The notes beneath the pieces are model-generated. The model was not told the origin of the DNA. It saw only the letters and a list, made by a program, of their open reading frames with translations, and did not search any database. Positions 9,274-18,481 of a stretch of 64,000 bases of DNA are shown here, piece after piece. The translations under genes were made by a program, and so were the position numbers. Source of the stretch: Gemmatimonadota bacterium (lineage in GTDB: Bacteria; Gemmatimonadota; Gemmatimonadetes; Gemmatimonadales; GWC2-71-9); assembly GCA_041497135.1 (NCBI GenBank), contig JBGQFX010000007.1, positions 15,119-79,118 on the forward strand. The letters run 5' to 3'. How positions within the stretch are numbered: position 1 is the stretch's first letter; the number at the start of each line of letters is the position of its first letter.

Positions 9274-9408
9274 CGGTTATCGGTTGTCGGTCATCGGTCA
9301 CTAATCGACACTCGCAACCCCGATTGGCGCCATAAAATGCACCGCGGATGCCGGGTTGGCTACCTCAGGTCAACCGATTACTGACTACCGATGACCGATG
9401 ACGGTTAC
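9274..9408. repeat. Imperfect inverted repeat (~30-bp arms with tandem CGGTCAT/ATGACCG heptamers) spanning the intergenic region
   Basis: The left arm is CGGTTATCGGTTGTCGGTCATCGGTCACTAATCG (9274-9307). The right arm is CGATTACTGACTACCGATGACCGATGACGGTTAC (9375-9408). The reverse complement of the right arm shares TCGGTCATCGGT and TAATCG with the left arm. The right arm overlaps the histidine-kinase stop codon. Confidence 0.6.
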
Positions 9409-11564
9409 TCATCCAGCGACTGGCGGATCTTTTCGGCCAGCTCGGCCAGGGCGAACGGCTTCTGGAGATAGCTGCGCCCGTTCAGCGCGAAGCCGAGCGA
9501 GGGGTCCTGCGCCTCGGGGTAGCCGGACATGAACACCACGCGTGTCTCCGGCCGGCGGGCCGTGAGCTTGTCCGCGAGCTGCGGGCCGGACAGGCCCGGC
9601 ATCACCACGTCGGTGAGCAACAGGTCGATGCGGCCGGGATGCTTGTCGACCAGCGCGAGCGCCTCCTCGGCGTTGCGCACCACCAGCACCTCGTAGCCCA
9701 GTCGCGGCAATCCCTTGCTCACGACGGTCCGGACCTGGTCGTCGTCTTCGACCACCAGGATCACCTCGCCGCCCGAGCGGGCCGGACCTTGGGCCTCGAC
9801 TTCGAGATCGGGAACGGTGACCGGCGGGGCCGCGGGCAGTGAGATGGTGAACGTCGTGCCCCGCGTCATTTCGCTCTGCACGTCGATCTGGCCGCCGCTC
9901 TGCTGGACGATGCCGTACACGGTGGACAGTCCCAGCCCGGACCCTTCGCCTTGTGGCTTGGTCGTGAAAAACGGATCGAAAATGAGCGGTAGCACCTTCT
10001 GGTCGATCCCGGTCCCGGTGTCGGACACGATGAGCTTCACGCGCGGCGGGGCGCCGCCGTCGGGACCACCGTCGTGGCCGTCCACGGTGGTCGTATGAAT
10101 GCCCAGCGTGCCGCCGTCCGGCATCGCGTCGCGCGCGTTCAAGGCCAGATTCATCACGACCTGGAGCATGTGCCCGGGATCCACCAGGACGTCGGGCAGT
10201 TTCGGATCCAGCGCCAGCCGCAGCTCGATGTTCTCCGGCATCAGCCGGCGCAGCATACCGGTCGCTTCGCCCAGCAGCAGGTTGAGGCTCACGGGGACCG
10301 GCTGCAGCATCTGGCGCCGGCTGTAGGCGAGAATCTGCTGCGTCAGCTCGGCGGCGCGGAACACGGCGCGGCGGATCTGGGCCACGTCTTCGCGCGAGGT
10401 GGGCGAGAGCTGGGGGTCCTGCAGCACCAGCTCGGCGTAGCCGCTGACCGCCATCATCAGGTTGTTGAAATCGTGGGCGATACCTCCGGCCAGCCGGCCC
10501 AGCGCCTCCATTTTTTGTGCGTGCAGCAGCTGCTCCTGACTCTGGCGCAGCGCTTCCTCCATCGCCCGGCGCTCGGTGAGGTCGCGCAGGTTCAGGACGA
10601 TGCCGTTCACCGCCTGGTCGGCGAGCAGGTTGGTGGCGATCACTTCGAGCGATCGGGGCGCCCCACCGTCGGTCAGCTGCAGCTCCTGCACGCGGGGCCG
10701 GCCGGGCTCGCGCTGGGTCGCCTCGAGCAGCACCAGCAGCGCCGGGCGCAGATCGGGCGGCAGGGCAGAGAGCACGGAATCGCCGAGCCCTCCGGACGGG
10801 AGGCCGAGCACGCGATCCGCGTTGGGGGAAGCGTACGCGACCGCGCCCGTCGGGTCGACCACGAGGATCGCGTCCTCGCCATTGAGGATCAGCGCGCGCC
10901 AGCGCGCCTCGCTCGCGGAGAGCGTCCGGCGCTCGGTGGCGAGGGCCTGGGTCTCGGTGCGGTGCCGGGCCGCACGGCCGAGCAGCCACCAAATCAGGCT
11001 GACGGCGATGAGCACGGCGACGAGCGAGGCGATGTTGGCCTGGCGGATCGCGCGCTCGCCCGCGGTGGCGTAGTTCGAGCGCGCCTCGCCCAGCGAGAAA
11101 CGCAGGTCTTCGAACGCCGGGTCGACCTTCTGCTCCGCGATCTTGATAGCCTCCGGCCGGCGGTCGGCGTCGAGCAGCCGGAACATCTCGACCACCCCGG
11201 TGAGGTAGCGGTTGACGTCGCTCTCGAGCTGCTGCAGTGGTGCCCGGTGGCCGGCGCGCTCGTGCAGCTCGGTCAGGAACCCGGCGGCGCGCGCGTGGCT
11301 CTGGGGGATGTCGCGACGGTGCTCGGGACTGATATAGCCGGTCCGCGCTTCCCACTCGCGCGCCGACAGCAGGTTGAGGGCGCCCTGGAGCTCGGCGAGA
11401 GCGACCTGGATGCGCTGGTTCCTGGCGACCACCCCTTGAAGCGAATACAGGAGCGCTGACGCGGCGACGCCGATCAGGACGACCGTGAGCCCGCTGCGCA
11501 GCGGGGCCCGGAGCGCAATGGGCGGCGCGCCGGCTGGCACGGTGGATGGAGTCGTTCGTCTCAT
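9405..11564 (-). CDS. Hybrid sensor histidine kinase/response regulator (TM, PAS, HisKA, HATPase, REC)
   Basis: Internal ATG at 11564 of ORF 9405-11630. Motifs: H-box GGIAHDFNNLM, N/G boxes (NLALNARDAM, DTGTGI, GSGLGLS), and a C-terminal receiver (ILVVEDDDQVR...LLLTDVVMPGLSG...K). Confidence 0.9.
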   Translation of the reverse strand: MRRTTPSTVPAGAPPIALRAPLRSGLTVVLIGVAASALLYSLQGVVARNQRIQVALAELQGALNLLSAREWEARTGYISPEHRRDIPQSHARAAGFLTELHERAGHRAPLQQLESDVNRYLTGVVEMFRLLDADRRPEAIKIAEQKVDPAFEDLRFSLGEARSNYATAGERAIRQANIASLVAVLIAVSLIWWLLGRAARHRTETQALATERRTLSASEARWRALILNGEDAILVVDPTGAVAYASPNADRVLGLPSGGLGDSVLSALPPDLRPALLVLLEATQREPGRPRVQELQLTDGGAPRSLEVIATNLLADQAVNGIVLNLRDLTERRAMEEALRQSQEQLLHAQKMEALGRLAGGIAHDFNNLMMAVSGYAELVLQDPQLSPTSREDVAQIRRAVFRAAELTQQILAYSRRQMLQPVPVSLNLLLGEATGMLRRLMPENIELRLALDPKLPDVLVDPGHMLQVVMNLALNARDAMPDGGTLGIHTTTVDGHDGGPDGGAPPRVKLIVSDTGTGIDQKVLPLIFDPFFTTKPQGEGSGLGLSTVYGIVQQSGGQIDVQSEMTRGTTFTISLPAAPPVTVPDLEVEAQGPARSGGEVILVVEDDDQVRTVVSKGLPRLGYEVLVVRNAEEALALVDKHPGRIDLLLTDVVMPGLSGPQLADKLTARRPETRVVFMSGYPEAQDPSLGFALNGRSYLQKPFALAELAEKIRQSLDE

Positions 11565-11583
11565 GCGGGGAGAATACCCTGTT

Positions 11584-12924
11584 TCACCCTTCGAGGATGC
11601 CGAGTGGCGGCGTCGTCTGCCACCGGCCACGGGTGAAGTCGGGTACGTCCTGCGGCTTGCCCCGCGCCGCCACCGAGCGCTCGGAGAGCTCGACGATGAC
11701 GCTCCAGGCCGCGGCGTCGTACACGTTCTGGTCGGTGGGAAGCCCCGCGCGCAGGCACTGGATCAGCCGCCAGTCTTCGAGGAAATCCATGCCGCCATGG
11801 CCTCCGGTGGCCGTCCGCACGCGCTCCGACTTCCACAGCGGATGCTCGAACTCGTCATAGTAGCGGTCCAGCGGCTCCCACCGATCCTCGGGACTGCGGC
11901 CCTCGATGTACACGCGGTCGGGCCATCCCTGGATGATCCCCTTCGTGCCCTGGACGAGGTTGATGCGACTGTAGGGGCGCGCATTGTTCGTGTTGTGGCC
12001 GACGGAGATCGTCTGGCCCTTCAACGTCCGGATCAGCGTTACGTTGACGTCGCCCAGCTTGTAGGCCTCGTGACGGCGGGGATCCGATTCGGCGAAGTGC
12101 GCGGCGGCGTACTCCTCCAGGCCACGGTGGCTCGAGCTCATCGAGACGAGAAAGTCGAACCGGTTGCCGCGATTGACGTTCATGCACTGGGCGATCGGAC
12201 CCAGTCCGTGCGTCGGATAGAGGTTCCCGTCGTGCGTCTGCGACCAGGCGCGGCGCCACAATCCCTCGCCTTCCTTGGCGAACTTGGTTTCGCGCAAGTC
12301 GTGCAGGTAGCCGCACTCGCCGTGCAAGATTTCCCCCAGCATGCCCCGGCGAACGAGGTGCAGGGCCAGCATTTCACGCCGGTCGTAGCAGCAGTTCTCC
12401 ATCATCACGCAGTGCCGCTTGAGCTGCTCGGCGGTTTCGACCAGCCGCCAGCAGTCGTCCACCGTCATGGCGGCGGGGACCTCGGTCACGGCGTGCTTGC
12501 CGCTCTTCATCGCGGCGAGCAGCACCGGCACGTGCCACTCCCAGGGCGTGGCCGTGAACACCAGGTCCAGCTCCTGCTCGGCGCACATGCGCTCGAAGTC
12601 GCGCGGCCCGCGCGAATAGCCGGCCGGCTTGGGCTGGTCCGCCGCCACGACGGCGTCCTGCGCCCGCGCCACCTTCCAGTCCACGATGTCGCAGACCGCA
12701 CGCACGTCGGCGCCTTCGATCTTGAGCAGGTTGTCCACGTGCACGCTGCCCTGTCCGCCCACGCCGACGAAGCCGATGCGCACACGATCCATCGGGGGTG
12801 CGGCGAACAGAGTCGTCCTCTGGGTGGAGGCCGGCTGCTGGGCCGCGAGGCCGGGGGCCAGAGCGGCGCCGATGCTCAGCGCGGCGGTCGTTTCGAGGAA
12901 TTCGCGACGAGAGGGACCAGTCAT
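11584..12924 (-). CDS. TAT-exported Gfo/Idh/MocA oxidoreductase (GH109-like fold)
   Basis: Internal ATG at 12924 of ORF 11584-13062. Motifs: twin-arginine signal MTGPSRREFLETTAALSIGAAL, and Rossmann RIGFVGVGGQG. The overall layout resembles NAD-dependent GH109/oxidoreductase proteins. Confidence 0.8.
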   Translation of the reverse strand: MTGPSRREFLETTAALSIGAALAPGLAAQQPASTQRTTLFAAPPMDRVRIGFVGVGGQGSVHVDNLLKIEGADVRAVCDIVDWKVARAQDAVVAADQPKPAGYSRGPRDFERMCAEQELDLVFTATPWEWHVPVLLAAMKSGKHAVTEVPAAMTVDDCWRLVETAEQLKRHCVMMENCCYDRREMLALHLVRRGMLGEILHGECGYLHDLRETKFAKEGEGLWRRAWSQTHDGNLYPTHGLGPIAQCMNVNRGNRFDFLVSMSSSHRGLEEYAAAHFAESDPRRHEAYKLGDVNVTLIRTLKGQTISVGHNTNNARPYSRINLVQGTKGIIQGWPDRVYIEGRSPEDRWEPLDRYYDEFEHPLWKSERVRTATGGHGGMDFLEDWRLIQCLRAGLPTDQNVYDAAAWSVIVELSERSVAARGKPQDVPDFTRGRWQTTPPLGILEG

Positions 12925-12978
12925 GGCTGGAAATTGACCGCTTCCGCGAAACGGCGCCAGCGGGCCAAATTGGTGTCC

Positions 12979-14640
12979 ATGAGATTGGGCATCCTGCTCA
13001 CAGGGCTGCTCGGCTGCATGTCCACGGCGCCTCCGCCACCTGGACCGGCGCCGGTCGCGCACGCCCTGGCGGCCGCCGAATCGCTGTTCCTCGAAGCCCG
13101 GACTATGAAGGACCGGCTCGACATCGCCACGCTCAGGGGTCTGGGCGACAGCGCCACCGCCCTGCGCCCTGGGTATCTCGCTGCGCGCGCCGGCCTGGTG
13201 CCCGTCCTGGACATCGACTCCACCGCGCTCACGGACAGTCTCGACCGGCGCGCGTTGCGCGTGATGCGCCAGGTGCTGGCCGGCGAGCTGACCGTGACTC
13301 CCGAGCCACCGGGGGGCACGGCGGCCGTCGACACCGCAGCGTGCCGCTACGACCCTCGCAGTCTGTCCGGGACCGATTCCCTCGAAATTCGGCTCTATGC
13401 CTGCTACGGCGTCGCCGCCAACGACGTGGTGGTCGACGGGGAGCGCTTCGACCGGCTCACCGTGCTCGGGTTGTTGGGGAGCACCGACGACGCCGCTCGT
13501 CGACGGCGCTTGTTCATGGGACTGGACCGGGTGTGGCGCAGCGTGAACGGCAGCAACGACGCCGCGAGCCCCTGGCGTGAGCTGCTGCGCCGGCGCGCGC
13601 GCGAATGGGGTGCCGGGCCGACGCCGTTTGCGCGCCGGGTCACCGAGCTCGGCTTCTCGCCCGACACCGTGCGGGACTGGCTGGTGCGCCTGTTGGAGAT
13701 CTGGCGCGCCACGCTCCCGGATTCAATGCGGGAGCCGTGGGATCTCTACTATGCGATGGGCGGGGCGAGCCGCCGGCTTGGGCTCCGCATCCCGCGTGAC
13801 TCGCTGCGCGCCATCAACGATCGCTTCTATCGCGACCTCGGCGCGGATCCCGTCGCCCTGAACGTCCAGTATGATCTCGAGCCTCGGGAGGGGAAGGACC
13901 CCGTCGCGTTCACGACGTTCGGTGCGCGACCGGGCTTTCAGGCCGGGTCCTGGCGTCCCGGAGCGCCGTACATCTCCAGCTCGTACCCGACGGGGGGCTT
14001 TGACAACCTGGGTCAGCAATTGCACGAAATGGGGCACGCGATCCACATCGCCGGCATCCGCACCCGGCCGGCGTTCGCCGACTGGCCCGATGCGGATCTC
14101 TTCACCGAGGCGATCGCCGATCTCGCCGACTACGAAGCCAGCGAGGGGCGGTGGCAGCTGCGCTACCTGGGCGATTCGGCGTCGACGGTCGACAACGAGC
14201 ACGGCAAGTACTTTGGGCTGGCGCTGGACGCCTGTTGGGCGCTGTTCGAGGATCGTCAGCAGCGCGATCCCACGCTCGACCCGAACCTCGTCTGGGCCGA
14301 GCTCACGAGCCGCTATCTGCGGGTCGTGCCGCATCCGGAGCTGTCGTGGTGGGGAATGCGCGGGCAGCTGATCGACGCCCCCAGCTATCTGATGAACTAC
14401 GCCCTCGGCGCCTTCATCACGGCCGATCTGCGTGCGCGCATCAAAGCGCTGCACGGAGACTTCACGCTGGGCGATCCGACGTGGTATGGGTTCGTGCGGG
14501 AACGGATCTACCGGTTCGGACTGGAGCGCTCGTCGCGGCGGGTGATGGAAGATCTCCTCGGGCGCCCGCTGACGCCGGCGGCGTTACTCGAGGACATGCA
14601 GCGAGGGATCAGCCCAGGAATTCACGATCCACGGAATTGA
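12979..14640 (+). CDS. Putative lipoprotein zinc metallopeptidase (HExGHxxH, M3-like)
   Basis: Only the last 553 codons of ORF 11485-14640 are credible; the upstream part is antisense to two real genes. ATG 12979 gives the lipobox MRLGILLTGLLGC. Motifs: LHEMGHAIH zinc motif, and a later MNYALGAFI segment as in M3-type peptidases. Confidence 0.65.
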   Translation: MRLGILLTGLLGCMSTAPPPPGPAPVAHALAAAESLFLEARTMKDRLDIATLRGLGDSATALRPGYLAARAGLVPVLDIDSTALTDSLDRRALRVMRQVLAGELTVTPEPPGGTAAVDTAACRYDPRSLSGTDSLEIRLYACYGVAANDVVVDGERFDRLTVLGLLGSTDDAARRRRLFMGLDRVWRSVNGSNDAASPWRELLRRRAREWGAGPTPFARRVTELGFSPDTVRDWLVRLLEIWRATLPDSMREPWDLYYAMGGASRRLGLRIPRDSLRAINDRFYRDLGADPVALNVQYDLEPREGKDPVAFTTFGARPGFQAGSWRPGAPYISSSYPTGGFDNLGQQLHEMGHAIHIAGIRTRPAFADWPDADLFTEAIADLADYEASEGRWQLRYLGDSASTVDNEHGKYFGLALDACWALFEDRQQRDPTLDPNLVWAELTSRYLRVVPHPELSWWGMRGQLIDAPSYLMNYALGAFITADLRARIKALHGDFTLGDPTWYGFVRERIYRFGLERSSRRVMEDLLGRPLTPAALLEDMQRGISPGIHDPRN

Positions 14641-15688
14641 GACACCGTTTCACGTCGAATCCCGTGGCGTTGGTCATCACGACCGTCGCCACGCCCGAGG
14701 CCCGATAGATCCGCATCTCGCAGTGGAACCCTCCACCGCCGCCTTCCTTGTAGAAGAACGGGATTCCGCCCAGGTCACCGATGTGCCAGCCGAGCGTCAT
14801 CGGAACCACGTGGCCGGCGGTCGTCCGCTGCGAGGCGTAGAACAGGTCGCGCGTGGCGCGGTCGAACAGCGCCGACTGCGGTCGCAGCTCGTCCTGCAGC
14901 AGCTTCCCGAAGCCCCGCGCCGTCCCGACCAGACCCCCGAACGCGGGCCCGTTCAAGTAGTGCGGCTCGATCCGTAGCCAGGGGCCCTCGTAGTCGCCGA
15001 TGAACTCCCGGTCGATCAGCAGGCGCTTCGCGAGGTTCATGAACGAGTACTTCCCGAGGTAGCCGTGCGCGTGCCGGCTCGCGTCCGGGATCACGTACCC
15101 CAGGTCCGAGCCGGAGATGCCGAGCGGGGTGAGCACGCGCTCGGTTACGTAGGACGCGAAGGACTGTCCACTGGCCCGTTCCACGACGCGGCCCAGCAGC
15201 CAATAGCCGAGGTTCGAGTACCGGTATTTCGCCCCGGGTGCGGATGCCGGTCGGGGATGGGCGCGCAGCTCGGCATCGAGTGCCGTGTGCTCATCGAAGC
15301 TCGCGTGACGCGCGGTCGAATGGACCCAGCGTAGCGGGATCGGGTTCGGAATCCCCGACAGGTGGGCGAGCAGGTATTGGACGCTGATGCCCGGTCCATA
15401 CGGCGTCGGGTGGTACTTGTCGATCGGGTCGTCCAGCGCCGCGCGGCGCGCGGCCACGAGCTGGAGCACGGCCGCCGCGGTGATCGTCTTGCTCATCGAG
15501 TAGGCCATCGTCGTGGTGGCGGCGGTCATGGGCACGTGGTGGCGGATATCGGCCCAGCCGCCGTCGTACTCGAACCGGACACGCTCGCGGTCCACCACCA
15601 GGTATTGCAGGCCGGGCGTCTTCGAACGGGCGACGAGGGCATCCAGATAGGCAGTAGGTTCCACGGTGGCTGGGAATCTAGCGGGCAT
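14609..15688 (-). CDS. Serine hydrolase, beta-lactamase/transpeptidase-like (class C-type fold)
   Basis: SxxK motif YSMSKTITAAAVLQL, with YSNLGY (YxN-type) downstream. Its 3' end overlaps the convergent peptidase gene by 32 nt. Confidence 0.85.
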   Translation of the reverse strand: MPARFPATVEPTAYLDALVARSKTPGLQYLVVDRERVRFEYDGGWADIRHHVPMTAATTTMAYSMSKTITAAAVLQLVAARRAALDDPIDKYHPTPYGPGISVQYLLAHLSGIPNPIPLRWVHSTARHASFDEHTALDAELRAHPRPASAPGAKYRYSNLGYWLLGRVVERASGQSFASYVTERVLTPLGISGSDLGYVIPDASRHAHGYLGKYSFMNLAKRLLIDREFIGDYEGPWLRIEPHYLNGPAFGGLVGTARGFGKLLQDELRPQSALFDRATRDLFYASQRTTAGHVVPMTLGWHIGDLGGIPFFYKEGGGGGFHCEMRIYRASGVATVVMTNATGFDVKRCLNSVDREFLG

Positions 15689-15754
15689 GGGTCTTGCTTG
15701 ACCGGCGCGACCGATACAGCTTCGGCGGCGGAACGCCGTTCACCCTGAGGACCT

Positions 15755-16819
15755 ATGATCGACGCCATCGTGAAGGCTTTGGGCGACAAAGCCGATTACT
15801 ACCTGAAGTTCAGCGCCCCCAAGATCGGGAAGGAGCGCCTGCATCTGCCCGGTCCCGACTGGGTGGACCGGGTGTTCGGCCCGAGCGACCGGAGTCCGCG
15901 GGTGCTCGTGAACCTGCAGCGGATGTACGGCACGGGGCGGCTCGCAGGGACGGGGTATCTCTCGATCCTCCCGGTCGACCAGGGGATCGAGCATTCGGCT
16001 GGAGCGAGCTTCGCGAAGAATCCCGACTACTTCGATCCCGAGCGCATCGTGAAGCTGGCGATCGAAGGGGGCTGTAACGCCGTCGCCTCGACATTCGGCG
16101 TGCTTGGCGCCGTGGCACGTCGCTACGCGCACAAGATCCCGTTCATCGTGAAGATCAATCACAACGAGCTGCTGACTTATCCCAACAAGGCCGATCAGAT
16201 CCTGTTCGGCACGGTGCAGCAGGCGGTGGACATGGGGGCGGCGGCGGTCGGCGCGACGATCTATTTCGGCTCGGCCGAGAGCGGACGGCAGATCATCGAG
16301 ATCAGCCAGGCGTTCGCCGAGGCGCACCGGCACGGCCTGGCGACGATTCTGTGGTGTTACGTGCGCAATAGCGCGTTCAAGCAGGACAAGGACTACCACC
16401 TCGCGGCGGATCTGACGGGGCAGGCCGACCACCTGGGCGTCACCATCCAAGCCGACATCGTGAAGCAGAAGCTCCCCGAGAACAACGGCGGCTTCAAGGC
16501 GCTCAACATGGGCGACTCGAGCTACGGCAAGTTCGACGAGCGCATCTACACGGAGCTCTCGAGCGATCATCCGATCGACCTGTGCCGCTACCAGGTCGCG
16601 AACGGCTATATGGGGCGGATCGGGTTGATCAATTCCGGCGGCGCGGCCGGAAAGAACGACCTGTTCGACGCCGTGATGACGGCGGTCGTGAACAAACGCG
16701 CCGGAGGGATGGGATTGATCTCAGGCCGCAAGACGTTCCAGAAGCCTCTGAAAGAAGGCGTGGCGTTGTTCAACGCGATCCAGGACGTGTATCTGTGCAA
16801 AGAGGTGACCGTCGCCTAA
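15755..16819 (+). CDS. fbaB: Class I fructose-bisphosphate aldolase (DhnA/FbaB type)
   Basis: The N-terminus reads ...[26 protein letters not shown]...[13 protein letters not shown]. The length and the internal ...IVKQK... lysine region fit the FbaB/DhnA family. Confidence 0.85.
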   Translation: MIDAIVKALGDKADYYLKFSAPKIGKERLHLPGPDWVDRVFGPSDRSPRVLVNLQRMYGTGRLAGTGYLSILPVDQGIEHSAGASFAKNPDYFDPERIVKLAIEGGCNAVASTFGVLGAVARRYAHKIPFIVKINHNELLTYPNKADQILFGTVQQAVDMGAAAVGATIYFGSAESGRQIIEISQAFAEAHRHGLATILWCYVRNSAFKQDKDYHLAADLTGQADHLGVTIQADIVKQKLPENNGGFKALNMGDSSYGKFDERIYTELSSDHPIDLCRYQVANGYMGRIGLINSGGAAGKNDLFDAVMTAVVNKRAGGMGLISGRKTFQKPLKEGVALFNAIQDVYLCKEVTVA

Positions 16820-16929
16820 AGCGCAAACCGGTAGCACCACGCCTCACCTTCCAGAGCTTTCCTGAGAAGCTAAGGACTGACAACCGCCACGCGTCTGAGC
16901 CCCTGAGCGTCTGTCTGACAGACTAAGTA

Positions 16930-17691
16930 CTAGGGCGTGTTATCACTAATCGCTCTCACCCAGATATTCCGATACCGGACCGGATTCCCGTGGTCTTGCA
17001 GCAGCAACGGCAGCTCGTCCGCGTGCGCGACATAGGGCGGCCGTTTTTGGTGCGCCGTCGGCCCCGACAATTCCACGTGGTCCTGGACCAGCACCCCGTT
17101 GTGCAGTACCGTGAGCCGAGCGGGTCGCAGCAGCTTGCTTTTCGCGCTGAACCGCGGCCGGTGGAACACGATGTCGTAGCTCTGCCAGACGCCGGGGGGC
17201 CGGCTGGCGTTGACGAGCGGCGGGAACTGGCCGTAGACCGCGGACGCCTGGCCGTCGGGGTAGGTCGTGTTGTCGTAGGAATCGAGCACCTGCACTTCGT
17301 AGCGGCTCATGAGATAGACGCCGCTGTTGCCGCGCTCCTGGCCCTCGCCGTGCGGGGGCGTGGGCGCCATCCACTCGACGTGCAGCTGGCAATCGCCGAA
17401 GCCGCGCTTGGTATGGATCGACCCCGTGCCGCCGACGACCTCCATGAGTCCGCTGTCGACCCTCCACCGCGCCGGACCGGAATCGGCCTCCCATTGTGAC
17501 AGATCGCTGCCGTCGAACAGCACGACGGCATCGGCCGGGGGCGCATCGGGTCGCGCCGCCGGTGCCGGAGCGACGACTGCCGGCCGGGGGCGGTCCATCG
17601 AATGGATCGGCCAGCGAGTCGAGACCTGGGCGCCCGCCGGGGACAGCGCGGCGGCGGGGGCGAGGCCGAGCAGCCACGGAATTCGTTTCAC
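16930..17691 (-). CDS. DUF1080 (3-keto-disaccharide hydrolase-like) exported protein
   Basis: GTG start with a signal peptide. Motifs: ...FGDCQLHVEWM...GNSGVYLMSRYEVQVLDSY...YGQFPPLVNASRPPGVWQSYDIVFHRPRF...LLLQDHGNPVRYRNIWVR, characteristic of DUF1080. Confidence 0.8.
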   Translation of the reverse strand: MKRIPWLLGLAPAAALSPAGAQVSTRWPIHSMDRPRPAVVAPAPAARPDAPPADAVVLFDGSDLSQWEADSGPARWRVDSGLMEVVGGTGSIHTKRGFGDCQLHVEWMAPTPPHGEGQERGNSGVYLMSRYEVQVLDSYDNTTYPDGQASAVYGQFPPLVNASRPPGVWQSYDIVFHRPRFSAKSKLLRPARLTVLHNGVLVQDHVELSGPTAHQKRPPYVAHADELPLLLQDHGNPVRYRNIWVRAISDNTP

Positions 17692-17803
17692 GGCGTTCTC
17701 CTCATTTGCGAAGCAAGACGATCCAGACCATGGCCAACGAGAATCCCCACCGAAGAACTAGCGCCGTAGCCGCTGACCGACGACGCCCGCCGCAGCGATC
17801 CGC

Positions 17804-17920
17804 CTATTCTTGCGCGGGCGCCTGTTTCTGCGTGCCGCGCCGCTTCTTCTTGGGCCTGGTTTTGCCGCGGGTGCCGCGGAAAATCTTGCCGCGCCGGGTG
17901 CGCCTGTCGCCTTTGCCCAT
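17804..17920 (-). CDS. 30S ribosomal protein THX (bTHX)
   Basis: A 38-codon ORF absent from the supplied track: [38 protein letters not shown], with TAG at 17804-17806. As I remember it, the first ~25 residues nearly match Thermus Thx ([25 protein letters not shown]...). Confidence 0.8.
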   Translation of the reverse strand: MGKGDRRTRRGKIFRGTRGKTRPKKKRRGTQKQAPAQE

Positions 17921-17984
17921 GGAACTCGCTCCATGTAGTGGGTGATGCGCGCCGCGTCACGCGGCGTGCCGATGAGCCTCGAAT

Positions 17985-18476
17985 CTATCCCGCTGGCTGA
18001 CCGCTGGCACCACGCGGTGCGGCGGGCGCGCCGCGCACGAACCCGATGTAGTCGGTCGGCATCGGCACCCCGCCGCCCTTGCGCAACGCCCAGGCGATCT
18101 GGCCGCGGTGATAGGTCCCGTGTAGGCACACGTGCAGCATAATGTCCTCGATACTCGACGTGAACTCCTGGCCGGCGCTGTTTGTGTAGGTCACCGGGCG
18201 CACCAGGTCGGCGGCGGCGAGCGCTTCCACGTACGCGGTCAACTCGCGCTGATTCGCCTGCACCAGCCCCGCGCACGCCTCGAGCGTGAGCGTCGGCCAG
18301 ACGGGATGCCGGGGCGCTTCTCCCTTCAACCGGGCCTGCCACACGTGCTCCGCGGCGAGCACGTGGGCGAACAGCTCGAGACAGACGGGATCGGGCGCGG
18401 TCGCACTGCGCAGCGCGGCCAGTACCCGATCATCCGCCCAGGCGAGATGCGAGATGAGCTTCGTGAGATGGTGCAT
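17985..18476 (-). CDS. DinB-fold family protein
   Basis: Internal ATG at 18476 of ORF 17985-18647. Motifs: MHHLTKLISHLAWADDRVL...HVLAAEHVW...LHVCLHGTYHRGQI, the His triad pattern of DinB/DUF664-type four-helix bundles. Confidence 0.75.
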   Translation of the reverse strand: MHHLTKLISHLAWADDRVLAALRSATAPDPVCLELFAHVLAAEHVWQARLKGEAPRHPVWPTLTLEACAGLVQANQRELTAYVEALAAADLVRPVTYTNSAGQEFTSSIEDIMLHVCLHGTYHRGQIAWALRKGGGVPMPTDYIGFVRGAPAAPRGASGQPAG

Positions 18477-18481
18477 GTCAG

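Noticed and set aside
11485-12978. The N-terminal ~500 codons of the 1051-aa plus-strand ORF 11485-14640.
   Set aside because: This part runs antisense to the well-supported histidine kinase start and to the whole GH109-like oxidoreductase gene. It has no recognisable motifs. The credible protein starts at the lipobox-bearing ATG at 12979. Long shadow ORFs like this are expected in very G+C-rich DNA.
16909-16923. The hairpin GTCTG-TCTGA-CAGAC between the convergent fbaB and DUF1080 genes, considered as a terminator.
   Set aside because: The stem is only 5 bp and there is no U-tract, which is too weak to call.
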